A stretch of DNA of 63,505 nucleotides, filler included, from Kipferlia bialata (taxonomy: Eukaryota), in assembly GCA_003568945.1 (NCBI GenBank). It is 6 parts of 6 records of this genome, joined end to end, with 100 filler letters (N's around TTAATTAATTAA, not from the genome) between each part and the next. Parts side by side here need not be neighbours in the genome. Positions count along the whole stretch, not along the records: positions 1 to 11,994 come from BDIP01001147.1; positions 12,095 to 24,085 come from BDIP01001148.1; 4 more parts are not named here. One strand, given 5' to 3'. Positions 1-12,149 of the stretch are shown in pieces. Under the pieces are notes generated by a model that saw nothing but the letters and a program-made list of their open reading frames with translations, did no database searches and was not told where the DNA came from. How positions within the stretch are numbered: position 1 is the stretch's first letter; each line of letters begins with the position of its first letter. A program made the position numbers and the translations under genes.

Positions 1-613
1 GACTATGGGGGGGGGGAGGGGGGGGGGGGGGGGGGGGGGGGGTCATATCTCCATGAGCCATTGTAACAGTATACCCTCTCCACCCACCATCATCCATGTC
101 CACCCTCTCCTCTCTCTCTCTCCTTCCACCCATGCCGGTGTAGGTGTGGTCTGTGTCGTCAAGTGCAATGTGTGGGTTGGTCTTACTTGTCCGTGGGTTA
201 CACACGACACTTCAGTGATGGAGAGAGAGTCAACACGTTCACCACTCCTCTTGACCCTTTCTAAAGACTTTTGTCCCAGAGATTCACGGTGAATCATTCA
301 CCATATCTTCCCCCCGTATCTCTCTATCGAAGACTCCATCCCTCCTTCCATCGTCTCCTTGTGACACTTCTACAGAAGGAGAGTATGTCCTCACTTGCAA
401 GTGTAGGTAAGTCCTTGGAAGCTTCCGCCTTCACAGGGAGAACCTAACCAACAACCCTCTCATTCTTCTCTCTGCTTAAGATATCAAAGACAGTAAAGGG
501 TAAGTCTCTTCCTGGTAATCCCTCTAAGAGCGCGGAGCACTCTGAGTACATTATTAGATACATTAGACTATCACTCCACTATGCAGACAGGATGTACTTG
601 GCAAGTACTACTT

Positions 614-654
<41 letters not shown>

Positions 655-683
655 CTCATGTCTCTCTGATACCAGGTACAGAC

Positions 684-3600
684 ATGCCAATGGTAGAAGA
701 GGCTACGAAGCTACATGCGGATCGCTATGCCGAGTTGTTACAGAGAAATGCAGAGCTGGAGCAAGAGATAGCCGACATGAAGAGACAGACACAAGACCTG
801 GAGAGAGAGAGTGCAGAGATTGCTGCCTTACGTTTCGGTCCTGTACCTAGTGTGAGGACGGATGAGGTATGTACATATACTAACTATATATATATATATA
901 ATATATTATATGTATATATATACTCTATGGATGTGAGGACAGATGAGGTATATGCTAATGACAGAGAGTGTATTGATACTGATTCTCTTACAGTATACGG
1001 TAATTAGCATCCGCTCTATCTATATCTCTGTATCTCACCATGTATAGACTGAATTTGTATATACACAAAATGGAGTATAGTTACGGACACCACGCTGCTT
1101 CCCACATCTAGTGGGGGTATGCGATGTCTCGGGTGTGTAGCTTACATATCAGGTGTACAACGCATTGCTGCAGCACAGAGTCAAGTGCATGGATCGAGGA
1201 GAATACGAGAGCATCCGCCTGTCTGTCGACTGCCCCCTTCGCAGGATGTTCTATGACATGCCAGGTCAAGAAATGAGCATGTATTACAAGTATACAGCAG
1301 AATTATGTAACAGTATATCCATGAATATACTTATGCCTCAGAGGTCAGATACATATACATAGTGTGAAGTGCATATATCCAGTCCCCCTCTAATCTAATG
1401 ACAGCCAAATCCTGAATATACATGATATCCAGTCACCCTCTAATGACAGCCCCTGCCCCAGTCTGGCGGGGTGACACCAGTCTATACCCACAGATGGGGG
1501 GTGAGACACCATCCGACATGGACAGATTCCGTCTGGATATGCTGCACTTCCTCAGGTACACATGTGATATCAGCTGAATATATATGTGTCAATCTCTATT
1601 ATCACACCTCCCACTCCTCAGGTCCCACCTCCTCCCCCCTGGTCTGAGGTCTGCCTGTGACACAGCACACCTACCATTCCTCAGGTATCCATATGATATC
1701 AGTATATATATATATATACATGTCATACCTGCCACTGCTCAGGTACCAAGGATATACTATATATCATGAGTATATATGAGATATTTGCGCATAATGTATA
1801 TGCATTATCTGCCATTCCTCAGGTACCCATGCGATATCAGTGTGTGTGTGTATATGTATATATATAGATATATATGAATATATATCATCCTCCCATTCCG
1901 CAGGTACACGCAGGGGGAGAGGACAATGCCAACAGGCGCATGCAACCAGCTCCACTACCCAGACATAGGTGGGGGCATATAATATATGATATATACTGAT
2001 CCTCCGTGCAGCACTATACTATTTCTTTTCTATCCATAGGAGCATTACCTTACGGCCTATGTCTTGATGCCAATAGTATATAATACACTCATGCATAGGT
2101 GTGCACCAGGTCCTGCGGGACGAACAGGGGTCAGTCATAGAGGAGTCTTTCCATGAGCTCCTTCTGACCTCTCTGGTGGTATGGGACTGTGTTCAAAACG
2201 TATCTATTACCGTACCTAGTGCCTCATACTGTCTGTCTGTCTGATACCATTGAGTGACCATTTTGGGTCTCAATATGGTACTCTATTATTCGGACTCTAT
2301 GTAGACGCCTACCCCAGTACCTGTCTGATGAGAATATACTTTACTAGGTATACCATTGAGTGACCATTATGTGTCTTGATATCTGTGCTGTATTAATTTG
2401 TTACACATAAACCCACTCCAGTACCTATCTGACGGGGTTGGGAGGTCATTCACCCCTGCTGAGAAGGGGCAGGTCATGGAGAACTCAAAGTGAGTGTGAA
2501 ATGACTGACACACACATATATATTCATGTACATCTGTTCTTGTCCTGTGACAGGTCCTGTCTGTTTCGTTTGGACCTTCAGTTTCGGTACGTGCCGGCGG
2601 TTATTACTTAGGCTCTTAGAGGATCGCTCAATTTGCCTTTCTAAATGAGCGATCTTCATAGATAACTGTTTTGTTGTTCTACTTTCACTCGATCTCTCCA
2701 GTTCTCACCCCTCTAGGCGTCTGTATGAGGTTCATTCGGCGCGGGCTGAGATTGTCTCCCTCCTTCTGAGTCCAGATAGGTTCATGGTGTTCTCCACATA
2801 CATGAGAAGGGGGGAGTATGGCTATATGGACTCTATTAGGTATGAGTAATGCATTGTAGGCACTGTGTGTACCCACAGTGATACTGATACCAGCTACCAG
2901 GGGAGTGTGGAGTACTCCCTCCCAGAGAACCTTGGGTTGCTCTCCCAGGTCCTTGCCAGGCCAGCACCCAAGCTTGGGCTGGTCTTTCCCAAACAACTGT
3001 GGGGAGGAGAGGGTGAGAGTGAGGGAGAGACACCCATCCCTCCAGTGACGCTGCAGTTCCCTAGTATCGGTAGAGGGGGCACATGGGTGGCCTTCAACGC
3101 CACACACCATACATCACAGGCATCAGAGGCCGTGCATGATTGCGACAATACCATTGAGGGGGTGATTAAGATTACCCATAGAACCCTCGATCCAAACCAT
3201 GGCTCTCAGTGGAGAATTGATGAGGTGGGACTAATGATTGCTGTTATCATATTTCTCTTACACTGCTTCGATCTTATCTGACATAGATACTAGGAGATGG
3301 CTACCCTCCGTGTAGATATATCTCCATCAGTACCCACTACATCATGTAGTATCTGATACTGGATATACTATATATACAATTTGTATATCCAACACTGATG
3401 CTAATGCCTAGGAGATGGCCACCCTCCGGCACCTGCACACACTAGATGGGGTAGTGCATCTTGTTGATGTGCCATTGGGTCCAGGTGCATGTATGGTGCA
3501 ACCAAGGGGGACCCGGGTAGGCCTAGAGGGGGAGCCAAACAGGTACCAGCAAGTGTCTGTCGATCATCCTTCATGTCACTAACTGACTAATCTGTACTCT

Positions 3601-4616
3601 CACCCAGGTGGACTGTAGCCCACTCCCTGCACCTGCTGACCACCCTCGACACCTTGCACAGACAGTACCACACAGTCAACAGAGATATTAGCCCATGCAA
3701 CGTGGCGTTGGACCTCAGCAGGAACGATAGTATCAGTATCAGTACTCAATACTATGTATACTATAGACTGATACTCAGGAACGACGGTGTGCCCAGGTCC
3801 CTACTATTTGACTTCAGCACAGCAGTCAAGGTGGGGGAGAGACACTGCTTCGAGGGCACCTTGGCCTATGCCTCGTACCGAGTGCTCTATCTCTTGTATG
3901 CAGGTGACCACCACAGAGAGTTGGTGTTCGAGCCACAGGATGACATGGCATCGCTGGTCAGACTCACAAAGGTGTGTTTCTTCTGGCGATTTGGTGTTGT
4001 GTATTTCGGTTTATACTGTTTACTCTCTGAACAGTGGGATGTATATACACTGACTCTAACTCACTGGATAGACTCACAAAGGTGTAATAGCATGTACATG
4101 TGTATATGTGTGGATACTGTACATTCAGTGTATTGTATTTAGCATAGATATGTCCTTTGAACTGTTGAGTCTTCCTACTCCAGGTGTTCCTATATCTCTG
4201 ATACTTTGCATATAGATGTACTCTTGAGACTCAAGTTGAGTTCTCACTCCAGGTGTTCCTAGACCTTGGCACAGGAGCCAGGCTCGGCAGCCTGCTGAGG
4301 AGTCAGCCCAAGGGCAGGGAGGACCCTGTGCAGTTAGTCACTTTCTGGGCAGAGGTGGGTGTCTTCACTTGTCATGAGTATACGGATTACTTGCAACTTC
4401 CAAGTTGGAAGCTTGGTTGGTGTATACGTGATAATTCTGTCAGGTACCCCACTAGTAAAAACTGAGAGCCGTATACTCTTATACTAGGCCTAGTAGAAAT
4501 GTATGAGCTTACCTCAGGAACTGGCTGAGCACCCCTGGAGGGCACTTGAGGAGGCAGCTGTGGCAGGGGATGTGCCTAAGATGAGAGAGGTGCTGGAGGG
4601 TATGCAGGAGACATAG
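684..4616 (+). CDS. Multi-exon Crinkler/RHS-like protein: N-terminal coiled coil, degenerate restriction-endonuclease-like domain, C-terminal FunK1/fungal-type protein kinase
   Basis: Spliced exons give kinase motifs IGRGGTWVAF (Gly loop), VIK, EMATLRHL, VNRDISPCNV, LLFDFS and GTLAYASYRVL...QDDMASL, with stop TAG at 4614-4616. The middle region YPDIG...FTPAEKGQVMENSKRLYEVHSARAEIVSLLLS resembles the CR-REase pattern. The true start may lie upstream (acceptor at 675). Confidence 0.8.
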
Positions 4617-4921
4617 GACACTATCCTAAGGGCATTTACCTATTCATGTCGGTCTGCCGCAGGTGTAGACTTACAGTGAATGGTATCATCATAGACTGAC
4701 ACACTGTGTGAGGAAGAAGGACTGAGAGATGGTCAAGTTCCGGAAAGTAGACACATTCATTATGAAAGAATTCTTAGTGTCGGCATGCTATCTAGTACAG
4801 TTGTAGTAGGTGGCCTACTCATTCTGTATATGTACAGAGGTTGAACAAAGCACTGAAGTTGACGTGGCAATCGATATGACCAGTCAAGAAGTGGACACTT
4901 GTGTGTTGACATGTCGTCAGG

Positions 4922-5011
4922 CTCTACAGTGACATCTTGTCACTGTAGAGTCAGACTCGTCACCACAAGATAGTCACTGTAGAGGGGCGTCAGTGACATG
5001 ACTCATGTCAC
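4922..5011. promoter_or_regulatory. Two perfect inverted repeats upstream of the ATG at 5060
   Basis: ctctacagtgaca-tct-tgtcactgtagag (4922-4950, 13-bp arms) and gtgacatga-c-tcatgtcac (4993-5011, 9-bp arms). A regulatory role is inferred from position only. Confidence 0.3.
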
Positions 5012-5059
5012 CCACCTCTCTTTCACACTGACACTGACACTGACTCAGATCTCTCTGGA

Positions 5060-7529
5060 ATGGATCCCATTATCCTGCCTGACCCAGGAGAGATTGTTAG
5101 AGTCGGTGAGTGCATTAGATCTACTAGAGAGTCAATTGGATTGGTTCTCAAGATGACTCGGATTCATTGTGGACTTGCCCTACACGGAACGATGATGATT
5201 GCTTACGATGGTCAATTGCTTGTCTCTCTCTAAGAATGTCTTCGAATACTTACTGACAGGCCGTTCAGAACTGTTAGAGTCTCTGATTGCCAAGCAGGTA
5301 CCATCTCTTGGTGAAACACTAGCGGGGATTCCGAAACAATATTTCCCTCACATTCTTCTGCTGTTGCGAATAGTATGAGTCCATTCTAAGGGAATACTAG
5401 AGAATCCTTTGTTGGCGTGTTTAGTGAGGAGTATGCGTAGGATTATATCTAGTACTCTTGTATGGGTTTTCACCACACTGCCGAAGTATGATACTGTGGC
5501 AGTGTGCAACATATATATATAACTCTATACATTAGTACCACGTATTACAGACTCTGTATTACAGAGTCTCTATTGCTAACCAACAGGATGACGTCATTGA
5601 CGATCTCAAGAAGAGACTCTCCAGAGTCGAGAACCGTGACAATCTGGAACAAGCTTCCAAGTCTCGCAGATGCTGCTTCATTCTCTCTCATGTGGTACTA
5701 TGTGCAACTGTAGTCCTCTTGGCCCTCCTGTTACTTGCATCGCATCAGTACACGACTCAGATATCTGAGGTATCACTATGTATTTCCGTGACACTGTGTA
5801 TACACTTCATACTAAACACATATACATTGTGCCTCAAAAGACAACATACTTTCTAAAACTTACTCTCCAGAACGTCTCTCGTCTCTCTACACAGGTGAAG
5901 GGCGTCTCTCTAGACAACCTCAGAGAGCACACGAGTGCAGCTGTCACAGACGCCAGGACAGATATCATGGGACAGGTACATCACAGCCTAGTAGCCACAC
6001 TTTACTCTGTTACCAATTTCCAATAGTGTACGACCCAAACAATGCCTTACACCAGCTAGATACTGCAATGAAGATGTCTACTGATCTGTACACCACTATG
6101 GCTACTGACCTAGCGAAGAATCTGGAGGCAGATGTTCAAATCCTACACGCTAACACCGCTCAAGCCTCTGACCTCTGTCTCTCCAAGAGTCAGACACACG
6201 ATGCTCTGTTCAAGGTTGTACATCATAGGTTGGAACAACTGGAAGCTGGTGCCGCTCAAATGGGCTCCACTGTGTTATCCCACGCCTCTTCTCTTCCTAC
6301 GGTGTTCGAGAGAATGGAAGCACTTGAGCGCTCCCTTGATGCGAGCGAAGATGTCACATCGGTGATCTCAACATCATTGGCTACATTGTCTGACACTGTT
6401 GTGGGTCTTTGTACTGTATCAGATACACTTGTCACGGACATGTCTAGAGTGACATCCCACACATCCGCTCTCAGCCAGAATATCGCCGATATAGGTGCAT
6501 TGGACGTCTATATCACTTCAACCAAGAGTGATATCAACGCCGTCTCTGCATCAGTCGCTAGCAATGCTGGCGAACTAATCAACTTGAGCGCCTTGTTCAA
6601 CGGGCTGAAACATACCACTGCTACTCTGACCAGAGCGGTTGGTGAGCATACTAGCACTCTTTCCACGGTGTCGTCTTCCCTGGGCCGCCTTCGTAAAGTG
6701 GTGGATACTCTCGAACACTCTCTCACAGAGTCTGTGTCAGATATTAACACCGATAGAGAGTTCATCAAGTCACAGCTGTCGAGCATGTCTGCAGTCAGTG
6801 CAAGCCACGCTACCAAGATTCTATCCCTGGGTGATGATGTCACAGCTGTCCAGCGTCACGTGTCTGATCTCGCTGTATACGCTGACCCCAGCTATAGCTA
6901 TAGTGATATCAACTTATCACTGATGACCGGAGTCTCAGTGAATGTTCCATCCTATACCAGGTATGTTGCTTGCCATGTCAAAATACACCTCCTATTCAAT
7001 CTCGAACATCTCTTATGACAGAAGTCGACCAGTAACGGCTGAAGACGCGTTGGCTGCTGTGAGAGCATCCTATACCGGTGTGACAATATGGGACACAGTC
7101 GAGAGGGAAATCGCTGACGTACGATTCTCTTCGGTTCTACACTCTGACAAGCACGAATACGGGAGTCAGTTCACCCTCGGATACAAGGGTATTGGCCCTG
7201 GTGCTTGGTCACCACACTCTAACACATATGGTCAGTTCGCTTTGGTTGTCTATGATACTCCTAGAATGGTATGCGCTATAGCTACTGCTGGACGGCCTTC
7301 AGGGCACGCCCAGTATGTAACGTGGTACACCATTGAGTACTATGACCCCGCCAAGAAAGAGTGGGTGTCTGTTGTAGAGGGCGAAGACTCTTTCATTGGA
7401 AATATGGGCACGGATACCATTGTACTGCACACACTGGCAGAGCCTGTCGTGGCCCAGAGAGTACGCATCACTCCACTCAAGTGGTATCGCAACATAAGCA
7501 TGAGACTGGAGGTCTATGGATGGCTGTAG
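5060..7529 (+). CDS. Long coiled-coil protein with C-terminal F5/8 type C (discoidin) domain
   Basis: ATG at 5060 with donor at 5106, several small exons, then a heptad-rich exon 6026-6960. A GT-AG intron at 6961-7021 joins it in frame to GAWSPHSN...AIATAGR...QYVTWYTIEY...FIGN...PVVAQRVRITPLKWYRNISMRLEVYG, the classic discoidin signature. Stop TAG at 7527-7529. Confidence 0.85.
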
Positions 7530-8498
7530 TAGGTCAAGTTGACAGTCCACTTAACATTGTCATATAGAACTCAATGAGGGAAACTAGTATTGGTCTCTGT
7601 TGAACAATGTGATAGAACATCTATCATAGAAGTATATTAGGAAGTATGTGGGGCAATCATAACGAGACACAGATGTCAAGTGGGTTGTCGGTCTCCAAAG
7701 TGAATACTAGTATATACAATATTCTACATATATTATATACTATATAACCACTTATAGGCTGGTTTGACCAGCACATCCACCAGCAGTGTCGGTTAGTAAG
7801 TCTAACTAACTAACTAACTAACATATGTCTAACACACAATGATGGCACTATAATGTTTGTAATATACACTAAACAGAGTAGTACTCTGAGAGTACCATGT
7901 CCACCTTTGTGTTGTTCTGAGCGTCTCGTACACTCCCTCCCCTTTGCTTCTGTGACAAGGATGTGCCCCATCACTATCAGTTACTGATACATAATCAAAA
8001 GACTATCGAGAGATTCTCTGATATATATTCTTCAGCAATATACAACTCCCCCTCCTGAGTCACCGTGACGAGTATAGTGGCCAGAAAGGTACCTAAGTAG
8101 GGTGGGCTAGCGACTTAGTTGGCCGACATGTTGCATATGCGTCCCATGATTATCCACCCTGCGACCTTTGCGACCTTACTAGGTAATGGTGAACACTCAA
8201 TGAGGTACACCAATTAGAACTCTATCTATTGAGAGTTCATACAATTACTCCGTGTGTACGTTGACAGAAGAACAGTAAACAGGATTCATCAGCTGTTGAT
8301 TCAGTAATCTACTTCTGTTATGAGTATCACCTCTGGGATATTCACTCAATGTCTGGCCCCTTATATATAAGTGTACGTGCACATGTATTCATATTTGTAG
8401 GTGTCTCACTCCTCTGTCACTGTCACTGTGACCAGCATAGTGCCAATGTATAGATAAATATCGGAAAATGTATTTGTCTACTCATGTATATGCGTGGT

Positions 8499-8950
8499 TC
8501 AGTGCATCTCCTCCCCCTCCTCTGTCACTGTGACCAGCATGGTCCCTGACACAGTGTGTAGGACACCATAGAGGGACTCATAGTCACCTCCAAACATACA
8601 CCCAGACCCGGCATAGAAGTTGGAACTGGGGTGAACGAGAAGGAGAACGCAACAAGACAAATACTTGCTTCCTGATCCACATCAATCTAGTGAAACCTAA
8701 GACACTAATCAATCTATACCTTTTCTTTGGAGCCTCTCCTTCTATCCTCGGCACTCTCTCCTCTGACCACTCCAGGGATAGAGTGTCTAGACAGTGGTAC
8801 TTGCCCTGGTGTCCATGCCCTCCTACCACGACGGTGGAGCTGGGGTGAGTATACTCTCTCTCTCTCACACACACATACACACACACATATATAATAGTCC
8901 CTGGTGTCCATGGCCACCAACCACTGCGGTGGTGCTAGTGTCAGTATACT

Positions 8951-8991
<41 letters not shown>

Positions 8992-10194
8992 TAGTCCCTG
9001 GTGTCCATGGCCACCAACCACTACGGTGGTGCTGGCATGAGTATAAATATATACACATACACATAAAGCCCTTCATTTACAGTGACAATGGCGGTGCTGG
9101 GGACACACACACATATATATATTCATACGTCCCCAACTCTATGCAGTGACAATACTCCCTACACAACATTACCCACTCAATATATAGTTCCTCCCTGATC
9201 TACACATACGAGGTATAATATAGTGCCTAGCACTATTGTAGTGCGACTGGTACCCACCCTGGTATAGATAGCTCAGCTGCCCCACTAGACCTGAATGGCA
9301 TAGGAAGAGTGGACCAGACAGCCACATACTCTTGGAGGTTAGAAGCAGTACCAGTATCAGCATTAGTAACAGCATGTATATATATGATATATATATATAT
9401 GATATATATATATATGATATATATATATAAGGGTGGACCAGACAGCCACATACTCTTGGAGGTTAGAAGCAGTAGCAGCAGCAGTCTCAGTATCAAGAGT
9501 TGCTGTCTACAGTCAAACAAACACATAATCCCAATACCTGAAGAATATCAACTCCATTGTAGCGCCCACCAGCATACATATTGATGATATTATATATCAG
9601 AGTATACACCATTGAGCATACCGGTGCAGGGTGTAGTCCCCTCTGTTGTCGTTATGCTGTACAATGTACACACAAGGCAGTCACCTGGTGTCAGGTACAC
9701 AACCACACACACACACACACATATATATATACACATATATGTATATACCAAGCAATACTTTGCCCACTAGTATCACAGCTAAATACCTCCCCTCTTTCCC
9801 CCTGACCCCGAGACTGTTGCTGTTCTCGTGGTCTGGGGTGCCACCCTGACATTGACGTCATGGCAGTGGAGGGTGCCTGGGTCAGATACACTTACTATAT
9901 ATATATATATATATATGTGGAATAGTACATTTATACTATGTACTGGTGACAATATAGCAGTGGATGTCGCCTGGGTTAGATATTAACGCTTGTCTTTTTC
10001 TCTATCTATGTATTCATATATATTCATTGTTTCCAGAGTGGTGAGGTCAGAGTGGCTGGGTTTTGGTGTCACATAAGTGTATATATATATATATGGTCAC
10101 TCCAGCTCCCTCACCTCTCTTTGTGTACTCTGGCCCTGACTCACTGGGCACAGGGTGGGAGGGGGTGGAGTGAACTACCTGGGGATAAGAACTC

Positions 10195-10230
<36 letters not shown>

Positions 10231-11900
10231 GACATAGATATATACAAATATATATATATATATAGGTGGAGTCATGCTTGCCAGCAACCAACATGAATCC
10301 ACATGTACATTAAGTATCAACACAATACAGCATGTGCACTTCTCAGTAGTGGATGCCATGTCACACTGCTAACCTCACCCCATATACCAGTAGACTATAA
10401 CTCCACACCCATACACTATATACATACTTTCATATGTAAATGGTAATCAAATAATATATATGTGTGTAGTTACAAGCATAGAGTGTCATCACCTCACTCC
10501 AGACACCGGTGGATGGGTCATGCACCCAAGGGTATATAATTGATATGTATACATATGGTTCACAGTACATATATAGAGATATATACATACATACCTCACT
10601 CCAGATGCCAATGGATGGGTCATACACCCACGAGTCATAGACACCCTCTCCTGTGTTGTCATTGCCAGCTGGGGGTAGAGGGATTTGCAGATAACAGGGA
10701 ACACCATCAATATATCCCAAATACTTGTCATTGCCAGCTGGGGGATGAGAGAGGTTGTGTCACAAATATCAACACATATACAAATATGTCCATCTACATG
10801 TTGTCAAAACACTTGCGAGGGACTCTGTCTGCATACATTGTGAATTCGCATATACTAATAGGTTATTAGCATGGATGCAGTATTATCATTAGTTCATATA
10901 ATGATGTGCCATACAGTTTGGTGAGTATGTTACATTTTGGCACCTGATATGAAGAAGTAATATATATTTACATACATATATATATGTGTGTACGTGTATA
11001 CGTACCTGATATGAAGAAGAGTCCATCGATGCAGCCAGACAGACAGCCACCCCTGGGTTGAGGAAGAGACAGGTAGAGAATGCTATAAGACAAAGAGAAC
11101 ACCTATATATATAATATATAACGGTACATAGAGAGTATATCCTCATACTCTCTTACAAGTGGAGTGTGTTGTACATGACTAGGCCAAGTATTTCGAAAAA
11201 CTAGATATGCACTCTCACCCACCTGGGACATGGCCACTACTATTATATATACATATATATATACAATGAATACAATTACAATATAGGTTGTATCCACACT
11301 CTATCCCACCTGGGACATGGCCACTTGATACCCCCTGGGGAGTAGTCATACGGGATGTCCTGCCACTCCCGCCTCTTCACCTGGGGTGATGTATATATAC
11401 ACACATATATATATATATATATACATATCTATATATACTAACAAGATCTTCACCTGGGGTGAGATGTATATATAACACCCATAGTAGAAGTGTTTGATAA
11501 AGCTACTTGTTACTAGGCGAAGTTATACAGACATATGCCAACCCACCTCCTTCACATTCAATCCTCCCACCGTCTCCCACGTGTCTGTGTCGACAGTGTA
11601 TCGGTGGAGCTCACTGACGAACACCTCAGACCCCTCGTCATACCCACCGAAGACATACACGTGGGGGCCCACCCTACGGTGGGAGAATGTTCAGTGTTCT
11701 TGGTATACAGAGTAGAATGAGTATATATATATATATATATATATAGTACCTTTCCACCGCACTGCCGTACAGTCTTGGGTTGACAGGGGAGGGACTGATC
11801 ACGTCCTAGAGTGAGAGTGCAAGATGGAGTTACACTCAACATGCCTACATATGTATAAAGTATACATCCAGGCAGTGGGTACCTTGAGTGTGACTGTGAA
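8499..11900 (-). CDS. Kelch-type beta-propeller protein (5' part lost in gap)
   Basis: Exons encode VGPHVYVFGGYDEGSEVFVSELHRYTVDTDTWETV, GVYDSWVYDPSIGIWSE and VVVGGHGHQGKYHCLDTLSLEWSE. Probable stop TGA at 8499-8501. Confidence 0.8.
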
Positions 11901-11994
11901 CTAGGTATATATATATACATTGATATATATAGAAATATGTATACATATTCAGTACCTTGAGTGTGACTGTGTCCCCCTCTATATACATTCATAT

Positions 11995-12094
11995 NNNNNN
12001 NNNNNNNNNNNNNNNNNNNNNNNNNNNNNNNNNNNNNNTTAATTAATTAANNNNNNNNNNNNNNNNNNNNNNNNNNNNNNNNNNNNNNNNNNNN
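11995..12094. other. Artificial contig linker (N-run with TTAATTAATTAA)
   Basis: 100-bp block with stops in all six frames. Identical linkers at 24086-24185, 36168-36267, 48245-48344 and 60321-60420. Confidence 0.97.

Positions 12095-12147
<53 letters not shown>

Positions 12148-12149
<2 letters not shown>

Noticed and set aside
6942..7021. Overlapping ORFs suggesting a programmed frameshift
   Set aside because: Explained by a normal 61-nt GT-AG intron at 6961-7021.
8090..8185. Imperfect stem (gtagggtggg...tccaccctgc) as a possible ncRNA
   Set aside because: Only about 10 bp with wobbles and no recognisable tRNA, snRNA or SECIS motifs.
12039..12050. TTAATTAATTAA palindrome repeated five times in the window
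   Set aside because: Always embedded in N-runs; it is an artificial six-frame-stop linker.
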